Part shown: piece after piece, positions 17,096-26,849 of the stretch | Layout: each line of letters starts with the position of its first letter | How positions within the stretch are numbered: position 1 is the stretch's first letter | Assembly: GCA_022842995.1 (NCBI GenBank) | Contig: JALHOM010000003.1 | Span: 12,659 to 76,658, forward strand | Source: Candidatus Saccharimonadota bacterium | GTDB taxonomy: Bacteria > Patescibacteriota > Saccharimonadia > Saccharimonadales > 2-12-FULL-41-12 | Reading direction: 5' to 3' | DNA: 64,000 nucleotides | The notes under the pieces: generated by a model | What the model was told of the DNA's origin: nothing | Databases searched by the model: none | Seen by the model: only the letters and a program-made list of their open reading frames with translations | Program-made: the position numbers and the translations under genes

Positions 17096-18574
17096 TCATA
17101 TTCGCCTATGCCACCGAATAATCACATCCTCGACCTCAGGTCTGATGGCTTCGACGAAACCAACTTTTACAATGTCGCCCACGTGTAAATGAAAGTCACT
17201 GTTTAGTTCTGCTGGTTTGCCGTCTTTTGTAACCGAAATTATACGTACCCCTTTCGGCAAACCGAGCTCGTTCAGCCGAGACCCTACAACCGCGTGTCCG
17301 TCTTGAACAGTAAATTGGATACTTGCTCTCTTTCGCGGGTCTACCGATCGAGCGGCCGCAATCGCAATCTGGTCGAGCAAACCGAGGCGCGTAGCAATTT
17401 TTTCTAGGACTGCGCCCTGAAACAGTGCCGAAACCAATACAACGAAAAAGACGATATTAAAGATCTTATTGGCATCATCCACGCCCGACGACAGCACAAA
17501 AGTCCCTAACACGATCGGCACCGCCCCTCGTAGCCCAGCAATACCGAGAAAGAATTGCTCCTTCCGCCCATACTCAGAGAACAATAACGACACATATACA
17601 GCCACCGGCCGTACGACAACCGCCAGAAGAACCGCGAGCACTACTCCACCTATAGCAATTACGGGGAGTTGCGCTGGGTTAACAAACAGCCCCAATGCAA
17701 CGAACATCACTACTTGAGCCAAAAAAGCAACGCCTTCATGGAACTGGGTCAAGTGACTTCGGTACCTTGAAGGCGTACTACCAATAAATAACCCCACAAG
17801 GTAGACGGCCAAAAATCCACTTCCATCGATCACTTGAGTTAGCCCAAAGGTTATCGCACAAATTCCCAGAGACACGACCGGCGCGAACGACCCAATAGTT
17901 TTTGGTAAATGCGCCAAGATTCTTACCGCAATATAGCCGAATACCAGACCGGCAACCAAGCCGATACCGAGCTGCTTGGCAAGTAATTCCAGCATCTGCA
18001 CCATTCCGTAATCGGACAAGGTCAACCAAGATAGTAACCCAATAGTCAGGGCGATCGCCATGGGGTCATTGATGCCAGATTCGGCCTCTAAAGTTCGAGC
18101 CAGTTTTCGCTTGATTTTAGAAGACCTAAGACTCGCAAACACCGCCGCTGCATCTGTCGAAGACACAACCGCGCCCAGTAAAAGCGCATAGATAACCGGT
18201 AAATCAAAGAGGAAGTACGCGGCAGCACCCACCAAAGCAGCAGTAATCAAAACCCCCAGTGTACTTAACGCAACGGCCGGCAAAGCAACCCCTCTCAGAC
18301 GGCGCCAAGACGTCGAAAGCCCGCCTTCAAACAAAATCAAGACCAAGCCAGCTGTCCCAATAATCTGCGCTACACTGGCGTCGCTAAACTCAATCCCTCC
18401 CGGGCCGTCACTGCCAAGTAGCATGCCAAAGATGAGGAAAGCCACGAGTGACGGTATGCCGATTCGAGAAGCCCCAAAAGCAATCAACAGACTCAGGACT
18501 AACAGACCTCCGGCGGCCAAAAACAACATATCAATTTCCGCCGATGCCCCAAACCGAGTAAAAATCAAATCCAC
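17096..18574 (-). CDS. monovalent cation(K+/Na+)/H+ antiporter (CPA1, NhaP2-like) with C-terminal TrkA-C/RCK_C domain
   Basis: 492 aa, ~11 TM segments plus a soluble C-terminal domain (VGSRLNELGLPKGVRIISVTKDGK...GDIVKV). Confidence 0.85.
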   Translation of the reverse strand: MDLIFTRFGASAEIDMLFLAAGGLLVLSLLIAFGASRIGIPSLVAFLIFGMLLGSDGPGGIEFSDASVAQIIGTAGLVLILFEGGLSTSWRRLRGVALPAVALSTLGVLITAALVGAAAYFLFDLPVIYALLLGAVVSSTDAAAVFASLRSSKIKRKLARTLEAESGINDPMAIALTIGLLSWLTLSDYGMVQMLELLAKQLGIGLVAGLVFGYIAVRILAHLPKTIGSFAPVVSLGICAITFGLTQVIDGSGFLAVYLVGLFIGSTPSRYRSHLTQFHEGVAFLAQVVMFVALGLFVNPAQLPVIAIGGVVLAVLLAVVVRPVAVYVSLLFSEYGRKEQFFLGIAGLRGAVPIVLGTFVLSSGVDDANKIFNIVFFVVLVSALFQGAVLEKIATRLGLLDQIAIAAARSVDPRKRASIQFTVQDGHAVVGSRLNELGLPKGVRIISVTKDGKPAELNSDFHLHVGDIVKVGFVEAIRPEVEDVIIRWHRRI

Positions 18575-18657
18575 TTGCCCCTAGTATACCCCGAACAAAC
18601 AAGCATTAGGTATTTACCAAGAGGAGTATACTAGTAGATATAAAGGGAGGTGCAGTT

Positions 18658-18849
18658 ATGGCAAAAGACGTAAAAATCATCAAAAAAGGAACTGCCCCGG
18701 GCGGTTTTTATTTGTTAACCTACGTCGGTGCTCTCGTCTACTTCCTCAACAAAGCCGAAGGCGCCGGCGAGTTCTTGCTATCGTTCTTGCAAGCCGCCGT
18801 CTGGCCGGCGTTGCTTATTTACCGCGTTTTTCAAACGCTCGCCATCTAA
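18658..18849 (+). CDS. small membrane protein (63 aa)
   Basis: Strong RBS AGGGAGGTG 6 nt upstream; two hydrophobic helices. Confidence 0.55.
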   Translation: MAKDVKIIKKGTAPGGFYLLTYVGALVYFLNKAEGAGEFLLSFLQAAVWPALLIYRVFQTLAI

Positions 18850-18923
18850 ACTGTTAAGACTACTGGGCTCCGGTCGTCAAATAAAGACTCCAGTGTTATG
18901 CTATAAACATAATCGGATAAAAA

Positions 18924-19706
18924 ATGATCTCACACAATTCTTCCAGCAACATAGACTCTCATCGTAAACGACACATCACGCTATGGGTTGTGGTTTCTCT
19001 TATCTTAACTGTACTCATGTTGCCTATTCTCGTTCTTGGCTGGCTCGGCTTCGTACCAGGGTTGTCTAAACTAATGGGCGCCAGCGATCCACGCGATCTC
19101 GGTGTTTCATACTCTCAAGTTGATTTAGACAGCTACAAGCAAAAAACGGCCGTTCGCTTTGTTGACAGCTCCCAGGCACCAAAGATTTCAGCCAACAGCG
19201 GAGAATCAACAACCTTTGCAGACGTCAAAACCGTCAATAACCTAGAGTTGACCGACAAAGAATTAACGGCAGCCATCAATAACATGGAATGGACTTGGTT
19301 GCCAATTAGCAACGTCCAGACTCGCTTTAGCGCAGGATCTCTAGAGTTATCGGGTAAATTTGATTCCGCCAAACTCGACAACCTCCGGAACTACTTATCC
19401 GAACAAGGTGGCCTCAACCCCGATACCAACAACGCCATCTCTTGGGCCGAAAGATTATCAAATGACGCTCCGTTTTACGCCAAAGCCAACGCCGTAATTG
19501 CCAATAATACCCTTTCATTCAAGCTGGTCGAGGCCGAGATCGGACGCCTGGACATACCGCTCGGCAAAATGGGCAAAGACATCCAAAATGGCACAACGGT
19601 CGGCAACATCAACAGCCAGTATCTAAACGTCGATTCCGCCCAGCTAGCGAGCGGCAAATTAATATTTAGCGGTAGCTACCCATCAACGATTTATATCGAG
19701 CAATAA
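18924..19706 (+). CDS. N-terminally anchored hypothetical protein (260 aa)
   Basis: ORF with one TM (ITLWVVVSLILTVLMLPILVLGWLGF). No recognised domain. Confidence 0.5.
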   Translation: MISHNSSSNIDSHRKRHITLWVVVSLILTVLMLPILVLGWLGFVPGLSKLMGASDPRDLGVSYSQVDLDSYKQKTAVRFVDSSQAPKISANSGESTTFADVKTVNNLELTDKELTAAINNMEWTWLPISNVQTRFSAGSLELSGKFDSAKLDNLRNYLSEQGGLNPDTNNAISWAERLSNDAPFYAKANAVIANNTLSFKLVEAEIGRLDIPLGKMGKDIQNGTTVGNINSQYLNVDSAQLASGKLIFSGSYPSTIYIEQ

Positions 19707-19729
19707 CACGTTAATCGCCAATCGGTCAA

Positions 19730-19758
19730 TTGATGATCAGGCTAGTTTGTTTTATAAT
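19730..19758 (+). promoter_or_regulatory. sigma70-like promoter giving a near-leaderless transcript
   Basis: TTGATG (19730) - 17 nt - TATAAT (19753); the ATG lies 7 nt after the -10. Confidence 0.5.
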
Positions 19759-19764
19759 TAGCCC

Positions 19765-20925
19765 ATGAGACAGTCGCATAGTCGACCAGAAACCGTGACC
19801 ATAGACCCAACGCCTGAAGAACTTTCATTATTCGTTCACCCAGATGCTGGACTATTCGTTCCGGCTGGTATGGTAACGAGTTTTGATACGGCAAACAGAG
19901 CTTGTAGTCCCCTAAAGTTAGAGACTTTCGAAAGAATGCTTGGCTCTAGCGCGGTTCTGGAATCCGGCCTGCCGATTGCCTTAACCGATCCAGATTCAGC
20001 GCCTAACGCCCGTCAGCTGGTTATTCACACCTCTCCTCTTGATAGATGCCTCCCTACATCAGACGCACCGACCATCTATCGTTTTTGTTCTCAGACCACC
20101 GAAGTAAATCTAAAAGAAGCTGGACCACACAGCCACCGCGGACTCGCCAATTTCGACACCATAGATCAGGTTAGCCGAGCAGAAGGACTTGGGGAAATCG
20201 CCCACCTTCAATTATTCACCCCGGAATGGAAGGCCATGAGCTTCCTCCAGCGCATGCGGGTTGCCCGTGGCGACGCACACCCATATGGTGAACTCGCCCT
20301 CCAGGCACTCGAATTCGCCGAACAACGCTATGGCAGATCATTTGATTCAGTCCACTTTTTTGGCGCTGGCTTAGGCCTCAAAGCGCTTGGTGCAGCAGAT
20401 TATTTTACAAGCCACAATATTCGCGAAGTCAGATCCGTTACCTTAATGAATTTTGCAGTCGATCCTAACCCACTTCGCGCACTATACAACTATATGGCAA
20501 AAAGCACTTCTGGCTCCCCGAGTGAACAACAACTCCCGAGCGATCACGTTCGTATCAACGAATTCTCGATCGCACTGGTGCTCGACAAAGCAGGCGCAGA
20601 AACGGCCATGCGCACACGTAATATACAGGCTTTGCGCCATATATTGATGCTGTCCTCATTGATCTCAGCCCGCAGAGCGCCGGAATACATCTCCAACCTA
20701 CTGGACGCCGGAGCTAGCATGACGGTAGCTAACGCAATCAATGAAAGCCTCGTTCAGCGTTCTCTAAATCGAATCGGACCAGCCACCGAACACCCGAGGT
20801 TTCACACGATCGATATTGCAGGCGTTAAAGAAACTAAAACAGGAATGCAAACAAACGAATTCTTTGCGCTCACTGCGCTCCTTGTCCATCTTGGTCTCAA
20901 AAACCACCGTCAAGACCTACATTAA
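19765..20925 (+). CDS. hypothetical protein (386 aa)
   Basis: Long ORF. The HFFGAGLG segment resembles an alpha/beta-hydrolase nucleophile elbow but lacks Ser. Confidence 0.5.
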   Translation: MRQSHSRPETVTIDPTPEELSLFVHPDAGLFVPAGMVTSFDTANRACSPLKLETFERMLGSSAVLESGLPIALTDPDSAPNARQLVIHTSPLDRCLPTSDAPTIYRFCSQTTEVNLKEAGPHSHRGLANFDTIDQVSRAEGLGEIAHLQLFTPEWKAMSFLQRMRVARGDAHPYGELALQALEFAEQRYGRSFDSVHFFGAGLGLKALGAADYFTSHNIREVRSVTLMNFAVDPNPLRALYNYMAKSTSGSPSEQQLPSDHVRINEFSIALVLDKAGAETAMRTRNIQALRHILMLSSLISARRAPEYISNLLDAGASMTVANAINESLVQRSLNRIGPATEHPRFHTIDIAGVKETKTGMQTNEFFALTALLVHLGLKNHRQDLH

Positions 20926-20982
20926 CCCACCGATGCGGCGAGCCGATCGTCGAGTCATATCATGATAAAATAACTAAAGTTT

Positions 20983-21690
20983 GTGAAGCAGTTGTTAAGA
21001 AATTATTCCAATAAAACTTTAGCCTATTCAGTAACTCTCTTGATTCTTGGGGTCGGATTACTAGTCATATTCAATATTAATAATGATCAAAATTCCTCGA
21101 TACCTACCGACGATTCGCCTTCCCTTAACACTACGGCACTAAACCCAGAGGTATTAATTATCGGCGACCCCAAAGCCAAGGTAACAATTGTTGAATATGC
21201 CGACTTCAAATGCCCGCAATGTGCCGAGTTTTACAATAGTGCGGGTCACGAAATTCGCAAAAACTACATCGAGCCGGGCCTCGCAAAAATCGAATTCAGG
21301 CCATTCCCTGTCTTTGCGGAAGACGGGGCCAAGGCGCTTTTGGGTGGGTATTGCGCCCAGGAACAAGCTAAATTCACGAATTATCACGACGCTATCTTTA
21401 GCTACATGTGGACCAATCACTTTAAGCAAAAAGATTACCAAAAAGCGATCGATATCGTATTGACCGACCCCGTTATGGACCAAATTATGCGACAAGTTGG
21501 CATCGATATTCCGGCATTTCGAACCTGTTTGGATTCAAAAAAATACGAAACAGCCTATTTCCGCACCATAGACCAAGGCTCGCCGGACGGCATACAGGGT
21601 ACGCCAAGCTTTATCATCAATGGTCAAAAAATTGTCGGCAACCAACCCTACAACGTCTATAAAACTCTAATCGATCTAGCGGCACGATGA
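20983..21690 (+). CDS. DsbA-family thiol:disulfide oxidoreductase (thioredoxin fold)
   Basis: N-terminal anchor; CPQC active site within VTIVEYADFKCPQCAEF; GTPSFIING cis-Pro loop region. Confidence 0.85.
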   Translation: MKQLLRNYSNKTLAYSVTLLILGVGLLVIFNINNDQNSSIPTDDSPSLNTTALNPEVLIIGDPKAKVTIVEYADFKCPQCAEFYNSAGHEIRKNYIEPGLAKIEFRPFPVFAEDGAKALLGGYCAQEQAKFTNYHDAIFSYMWTNHFKQKDYQKAIDIVLTDPVMDQIMRQVGIDIPAFRTCLDSKKYETAYFRTIDQGSPDGIQGTPSFIINGQKIVGNQPYNVYKTLIDLAAR

Positions 21691-22235
21691 AAATACCACT
21701 TAAATTACAACTCCAGATTACACTAAACGCCACCATACAGGTCCTAAAAAGTCCCTGGTATTTACTGATAAGTATTTTTGCCTGTCTGGCGATCATCGCG
21801 GTCATGCTATGGTCACTGAACCTAAACTTATTAGGATATATCTTGTTTGAAGCTAACCTTCCTCTCGGTGAAAAGATTAGCTTCTTCACCTACGCCTATC
21901 AATCACTATTTACCAACATTAACGATATTTTTTCGGCTTCAATAGTTGTTTTTGCTCTCCTCTTCGGCACAAACACTGCCCTCCTAACGAAAGCTATACG
22001 CCAAAATGGCCTCCGCTCTGCACCAAAAAAAGGAGGCCTCGGCGCAACAGGGGCAGCCATTCTCAGTGGAGGATGCGTAGCTTGCGGAACATCAATAGTA
22101 GCACCAATTATCAGTAGCCTGGGCGCATCTTCGTCGGCTCTACTGTTACGGGATCTTGGTACCATAATTACCATTTTAGGAATCGTATTTCTGCTATATT
22201 CTATCTATAAACTAGCGGTTATAATTCCTCGATAG
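21687..22235 (+). CDS. polytopic membrane protein with CxxC (GGCVACGTS), translationally coupled to dsbA-like gene
   Basis: ATGA start/stop overlap at 21687-21690. Four to five TM segments. Family not recognised. Confidence 0.55.
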   Translation: MKIPLKLQLQITLNATIQVLKSPWYLLISIFACLAIIAVMLWSLNLNLLGYILFEANLPLGEKISFFTYAYQSLFTNINDIFSASIVVFALLFGTNTALLTKAIRQNGLRSAPKKGGLGATGAAILSGGCVACGTSIVAPIISSLGASSSALLLRDLGTIITILGIVFLLYSIYKLAVIIPR

Positions 22236-22335
22236 AAACGTTATCCTAATACTCCGATACGAACCGACAGAACTAATCTGTTGATTTAATAACGATATTG
22301 CTTTTTTAGCTGTTTTGTGCTATAGTTAATAGATA

Positions 22336-23718
22336 ATGACTATCAGTAAAGAACAGTTCGTGGAAGCCGAAAACAGACTGGCCCTAGAGAACATTCCACC
22401 AGAAGTCGAGCTTACGTGTTTAATTACTAACTCTCTTCACCTCACGCAGCAAATAGCTAAATCTAGATCAGACTCACTGAAATCGGCCATAACAGAACAA
22501 CGTGATATTATTGACGCCGACATAGATGCATGGGCAGCGAGTAGACCTGATCTTTTTAATAGTCTCTATTTCAAGCTTCGTGAACAACAAGGAGCATTTA
22601 ATGATTTTAAAACTGATTGCCCTAACTTAGTTTTTCCAAAAGAAGTATTCAAACAAAGACTACTCAATCAAGGAATCAATATCGAAGAAGCCTACCCTCA
22701 TCTATTCCTGCTCGGCAATGAGACCTCAGTTTTGGGCTACCTATCAAAGGCCATAAACAAACAAGTGGATGCCAAACACACCGCCAGAAACAGAGAAATT
22801 GAACTCAAGAGACCAAAGGCTGTCGTTCACTATACTGAAATGGACGGTACTGCCACCCTCTACGTAAACAGTACGCCCTTATTCCTGACTAATGATCAAC
22901 TTAACGTTTTAAAAGTTATCCTGGGCTCTCCAGATCCAGTCAAAATTTCTACAATAGCGCAAGCCATAAAGACGCAACCAGCAGAACAATCAGCAATCGA
23001 GGAAACAATCGCCAGCATTCAAGTAGCCTTTTCCCGATCAGCGGTTGAATTTACCGACCTAATTGATGCGGGCTTGGCCAGTGGGGCTGGTACCAGCGCT
23101 CACTATAGACGCCGCGAAAATATTATTGTTCTTGAGGCCCATACATTCAAGAAAATTGCTGAACTTTTACTTGACACGCTCACTTCACCATCAATCGCAC
23201 AACATGATCTGTGTGCAGATTTGCAAAATCAATTACATAGTGGTGTACCACATGACGTTCTACGCTCTATAGGAGAAAGGGTCGTAAAATCTGCAGCAGC
23301 TAGCCTTAAGAAAATCCAACCAACCGCCGAAATTGTCGGGAAACTCACTGAATTACATATCTTGGAAGCTCCTGCAGAAGAAAGCACTATACTTCCTGAA
23401 GGCGAACCACTTAAAGTCGACAATGACGGAATTGCATACGCTAACATAACGGTTCCATTTAATCGTGAGGACAGCTTTTTTTATGGCTTATTTAATCAAC
23501 AGCCTCGAAAACAGCACAACAAGGGTATAAGGCCGTCCGATATAAAAAACAAATTTAAAGCTATTTTTGGGACTGAGGCTGACTTTGACGAAAGCTTTGG
23601 TAGCTTTTTGGCAAAGATGGGACCAATGGTTCAGCGTACAGAAAGAAGGATGGGAAAAGCACATAAAACATCTAACCTTTTATATGTTTATTTCCCGATC
23701 AAGAAAAATCGCAAGTAG
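22336..23718 (+). CDS. hypothetical protein (460 aa)
   Basis: Long ORF, 5 nt upstream of the next gene. No recognised domain. Confidence 0.5.
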   Translation: MTISKEQFVEAENRLALENIPPEVELTCLITNSLHLTQQIAKSRSDSLKSAITEQRDIIDADIDAWAASRPDLFNSLYFKLREQQGAFNDFKTDCPNLVFPKEVFKQRLLNQGINIEEAYPHLFLLGNETSVLGYLSKAINKQVDAKHTARNREIELKRPKAVVHYTEMDGTATLYVNSTPLFLTNDQLNVLKVILGSPDPVKISTIAQAIKTQPAEQSAIEETIASIQVAFSRSAVEFTDLIDAGLASGAGTSAHYRRRENIIVLEAHTFKKIAELLLDTLTSPSIAQHDLCADLQNQLHSGVPHDVLRSIGERVVKSAAASLKKIQPTAEIVGKLTELHILEAPAEESTILPEGEPLKVDNDGIAYANITVPFNREDSFFYGLFNQQPRKQHNKGIRPSDIKNKFKAIFGTEADFDESFGSFLAKMGPMVQRTERRMGKAHKTSNLLYVYFPIKKNRK

Positions 23719-23723
23719 TTACC

Positions 23724-24896
23724 ATGCAAGGACCAGAATTACTCGATAGACTACACCCCCGAGGCACTAGAATTACCTACGGGTCTCACGAAATGCACGG
23801 CTTCGAACCAATGGCAACTCGTGCCATAATTAACCTCCTCGATCCTCAAAGATCGGCGAATGTAATCCGAGCTTGGCCCACCGATTCAGAAATCGCAAAT
23901 CAACTTATAAATCAATTCACGAGGACCGACGAACAGCTCGTAGTCTACTTTGAAGGTCATTATCATGCCGCACACAAAGGTGGTATCGGCAACCCAACGG
24001 CATTTTTTTTATATAGCGCATTTACTGCAGCCTGGCTCGAAACATTCAATCAACTACGAGGATCTAAAGACGTCGACAAACCACTCCCAGATTATGCCTA
24101 CCAAAATACGCAAGACATTTTATTCGGCCAAGCCATAGCTTTCGATTCCGTCCGGGAAGAATTGATCGATGAAAAATATAACGGAAACCGGGGGGCATAT
24201 CTTAAAGATTCCGACTCAACAGAACGAGCACATTTTGAAGGACTAATGACGGAATATGAAGCGGCTTATATGCTCGCCGAGATTGCACTTAGGCAAGAAG
24301 TCATCGTACTGCCAGCGCCAGGTTTCCTCGAGAGAAGACAAGCCCGGAATGGACATTGGAATACAAACATTGATTTCATCCTATTCGACCCTAAATCCAA
24401 GGAATCTGTCGGTATCCAGGTAAAATCTCGAGTAGATGACGGAAATATTGACGCAATAAATGGCCGGCAAGGTTTGGTGTATCTGTTCAACGGGAGAGAG
24501 CATTTAGATAATTCCGCTAAAGCTACTAATCAGGATGACCCAAGATCACCCGAAGTCACAGGAACATACGGCGGAGCAATTATAAAAAATCGAATTCAAT
24601 ACTTCGCAAATACACGCGGCCGGGACGATACAGTAAGGGTGCTTGCCTCCGTCGATTATGAAATTCTGCGAAAATACAATGAAGCGAGACAGCAAAAAGG
24701 CCGTAGACATACACCGAAATCTAGCCCTCTCGAAGTAGCATATGTGGCTAGAGTGGATCATCTATGGAAGAAAATCAGAGGGTATATCGGACGCAGTGAT
24801 GACCTAGGCGCTGCTCCTGTATATTTAAATGAAATCGCACGACAACGACCCCATCTTATCGGTTATTCCTCTCGAAAGCGATTATTTGAACAGTAA
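23724..24896 (+). CDS. hypothetical protein with PD-(D/E)xK / Mrr-like nuclease core motif
   Basis: TEYEAAYMLAEIAL ... VIVLPAP ... NIDFILFD-x10-GIQVKSR fits the E...D...(E/Q)xK restriction-endonuclease-like fold pattern. Confidence 0.5.
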   Translation: MQGPELLDRLHPRGTRITYGSHEMHGFEPMATRAIINLLDPQRSANVIRAWPTDSEIANQLINQFTRTDEQLVVYFEGHYHAAHKGGIGNPTAFFLYSAFTAAWLETFNQLRGSKDVDKPLPDYAYQNTQDILFGQAIAFDSVREELIDEKYNGNRGAYLKDSDSTERAHFEGLMTEYEAAYMLAEIALRQEVIVLPAPGFLERRQARNGHWNTNIDFILFDPKSKESVGIQVKSRVDDGNIDAINGRQGLVYLFNGREHLDNSAKATNQDDPRSPEVTGTYGGAIIKNRIQYFANTRGRDDTVRVLASVDYEILRKYNEARQQKGRRHTPKSSPLEVAYVARVDHLWKKIRGYIGRSDDLGAAPVYLNEIARQRPHLIGYSSRKRLFEQ

Positions 24897-24942
24897 GTCG
24901 ACTTGCAGAAAAGTAGATCGGCTTCAGCAATATAGTCTTGAG

Positions 24943-25335
24943 CTATAAAGCGGCGCCGAGGACGTTTTTTACGATATCGTCGATTTGGTCGTTTTGTAGA
25001 TTTGCCTTGACCGAATAGCCAACAATACCGTTATCTCGAATACCAGCAGGAGCGTCGGCTTCGTTGAGGTTGGAGATGATATGTACCTTTATATCTCTAC
25101 CCCAGTCGTTGGCGCGCATGGTGGCCAGCACTTGGTCACCAGATATTTTGGGGATCATAATGTCGAGCAACACCAGATTGGGCCGTTCTTTTTGTATGAT
25201 CTGCAAAGCCTGCTCTCCATCGTATGCAGAGAAAATTTTGTAGCCGAGAATCTCTAATCGTACCTTATAAATTTCAGCCAATGCTTCGTTGTCCTCGACA
25301 ATAACAACCTTCGGCCCTGATCCAAATAATCCCAT
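24943..25335 (-). CDS. single-domain response regulator (CheY-like receiver)
   Basis: 130 aa, VVIVEDNE..., phospho-acceptor context LVLLDIMIPKISG, conserved Lys region. Confidence 0.88.
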   Translation of the reverse strand: MGLFGSGPKVVIVEDNEALAEIYKVRLEILGYKIFSAYDGEQALQIIQKERPNLVLLDIMIPKISGDQVLATMRANDWGRDIKVHIISNLNEADAPAGIRDNGIVGYSVKANLQNDQIDDIVKNVLGAAL

Positions 25336-25370
25336 AATGCTTTATATTTTATATCTCACCCTTACTTAGT

Positions 25371-25414
25371 ACAAATAAAACGTCCGCACCGAGGCAAAAA
25401 AGTCGGTGCGGACG
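25371..25414 (-). terminator. rho-independent terminator for the 25492-26526 gene
   Basis: 12-bp stem CGTCCGCACCGA/TCGGTGCGGACG (25381-25414), followed on the minus strand by TTTTATTTGT. Confidence 0.75.
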
Positions 25415-25491
25415 ATTTTCAATTCTTGTTTTCTATTTACGAATACCCTTGTCCAACACCTCCCGATAAAGAGAGGTCTTGCTGAGGAGGT

Positions 25492-26526
25492 CTAATTCGC
25501 AATATCTACTTTGACGCTAGTATTAGAATCATTTGTAGCGTTGCCGGTTACAGCACTTCCAGCATTGGTATTGTAAGCAACAGTGGCGTTACCGCTTGAG
25601 GCATTTTGGCTAACGCTGTTATTAACAGATACGTTATTGCTTACTTTGCTGGAGTAAGTATAGCCACCGTGCCCATGCCCACTGCCTATGTAATTGGATG
25701 AGTGAGGACCGGTGTTATGAATACTTGACGAGCCGCCGTGATAGACTGGCGCCTTGGGAGTGTTGCTACTTGAAGGGTTATGGACAGCTACTTCAATGTC
25801 AACTTCTGAGTTGTTTTCAGCGTCACCAGTGGTGGCATGTCCGCCATGAGTATTTCCCTTCACTGTCGCGTTGCCTGTCTTGGCCTTCTGATCAACGCTA
25901 TTATCAACCACCACTGTATTCTTTACTTTATTCTCTACCTGAGTAGATGCTCCACCGGGGCCCTGGGAATAGTGTGGCTTGTTGTCTTTTTTATCTTTTC
26001 CGTACTTATTGTCGTTGCTATCTTTTTTGTCATCATACTTTTCATGCTTATCTTTATCGTAAGACTCATGTGATGGCTTATCGTATTTTTTGTCATGACC
26101 GTTGTAGTCTTTGTCGTGTGACGACTTCCAGTTTTTCTTGTCAGAATAATCGTACTTGTAGTCATCGTTCAACCAGTTGCCTTTATTGTCCTGGTACCAT
26201 CCGTTCCACTTCATTGGATACATCTGATGCGGCTTTTTGTTCCAGGCAACTTTCTTCGTCAAACCACAGTGCCCAGAAGAGTAAGTCGGCTTCCAACCAT
26301 TGTGACTATTCCAGTTATTGCCGTAACTTCCACTACCAATTTTGTTACTAGACCATGGGCCAGTATTATGGATCGAGCCACCATTCCAAGATGCATTAAT
26401 CGAGTTCTTCGAACCCGGCCCAGTATTGGATATACTGCTTGCCGAAGCCACTGAAGCGCCGGCTGCAAAGACCAGCACCATGCTGCTCAAGGCCACTGCC
26501 GAGCTTTTAATTAGGTATTTTATCAT
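25492..26526 (-). CDS. secreted repeat protein (Asn/Ser/Gly modules flanking a Lys/Asp/His/Tyr-rich core)
   Basis: Signal peptide; repeated I(S/H)NTGP.S.N.I and N.V.V.NSV.Q.A.(T/S)GNATV modules; central KYDKPSHESYDKDKHEKYDDKKD low-complexity core. Confidence 0.65.
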   Translation of the reverse strand: MIKYLIKSSAVALSSMVLVFAAGASVASASSISNTGPGSKNSINASWNGGSIHNTGPWSSNKIGSGSYGNNWNSHNGWKPTYSSGHCGLTKKVAWNKKPHQMYPMKWNGWYQDNKGNWLNDDYKYDYSDKKNWKSSHDKDYNGHDKKYDKPSHESYDKDKHEKYDDKKDSNDNKYGKDKKDNKPHYSQGPGGASTQVENKVKNTVVVDNSVDQKAKTGNATVKGNTHGGHATTGDAENNSEVDIEVAVHNPSSSNTPKAPVYHGGSSSIHNTGPHSSNYIGSGHGHGGYTYSSKVSNNVSVNNSVSQNASSGNATVAYNTNAGSAVTGNATNDSNTSVKVDIAN

Positions 26527-26849
26527 TCTCTACCCTCCTTAATTACTTGCATTACAGTACCTGGCAATGCCCTGCCTAACTACGAGATACCTAGCACCCC
26601 TATTTCAGTAGCAAAACCATAACCGATACTGTATCACAAGTCTGCATAAGCATGATGTAGTATTTTTTATACCCAAAAAACACCGCTATACGGCAAATCA
26701 AGATAACCATTCCATGAATGATGCGACTAGTATGGAGCGAGCATTAAAAGACTACGCGCTCACTTCTACCAAAAATCGTTTTCAAAATAGCGAATTACTC
26801 TGTTCGGTATTTGCCTCTGGTATTTTATGGGTATACTTTAGTATTAGAT

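Noticed and set aside
18575-18660. Replication origin at the minus-to-plus gene-orientation switch near 18.6 kb (and a terminus at the plus-to-minus switch near 48 kb).
   Set aside because: There are no DnaA-box clusters, AT-rich unwinding element or dnaA/dnaN nearby. Two switches within 30 kb cannot both be replication landmarks.
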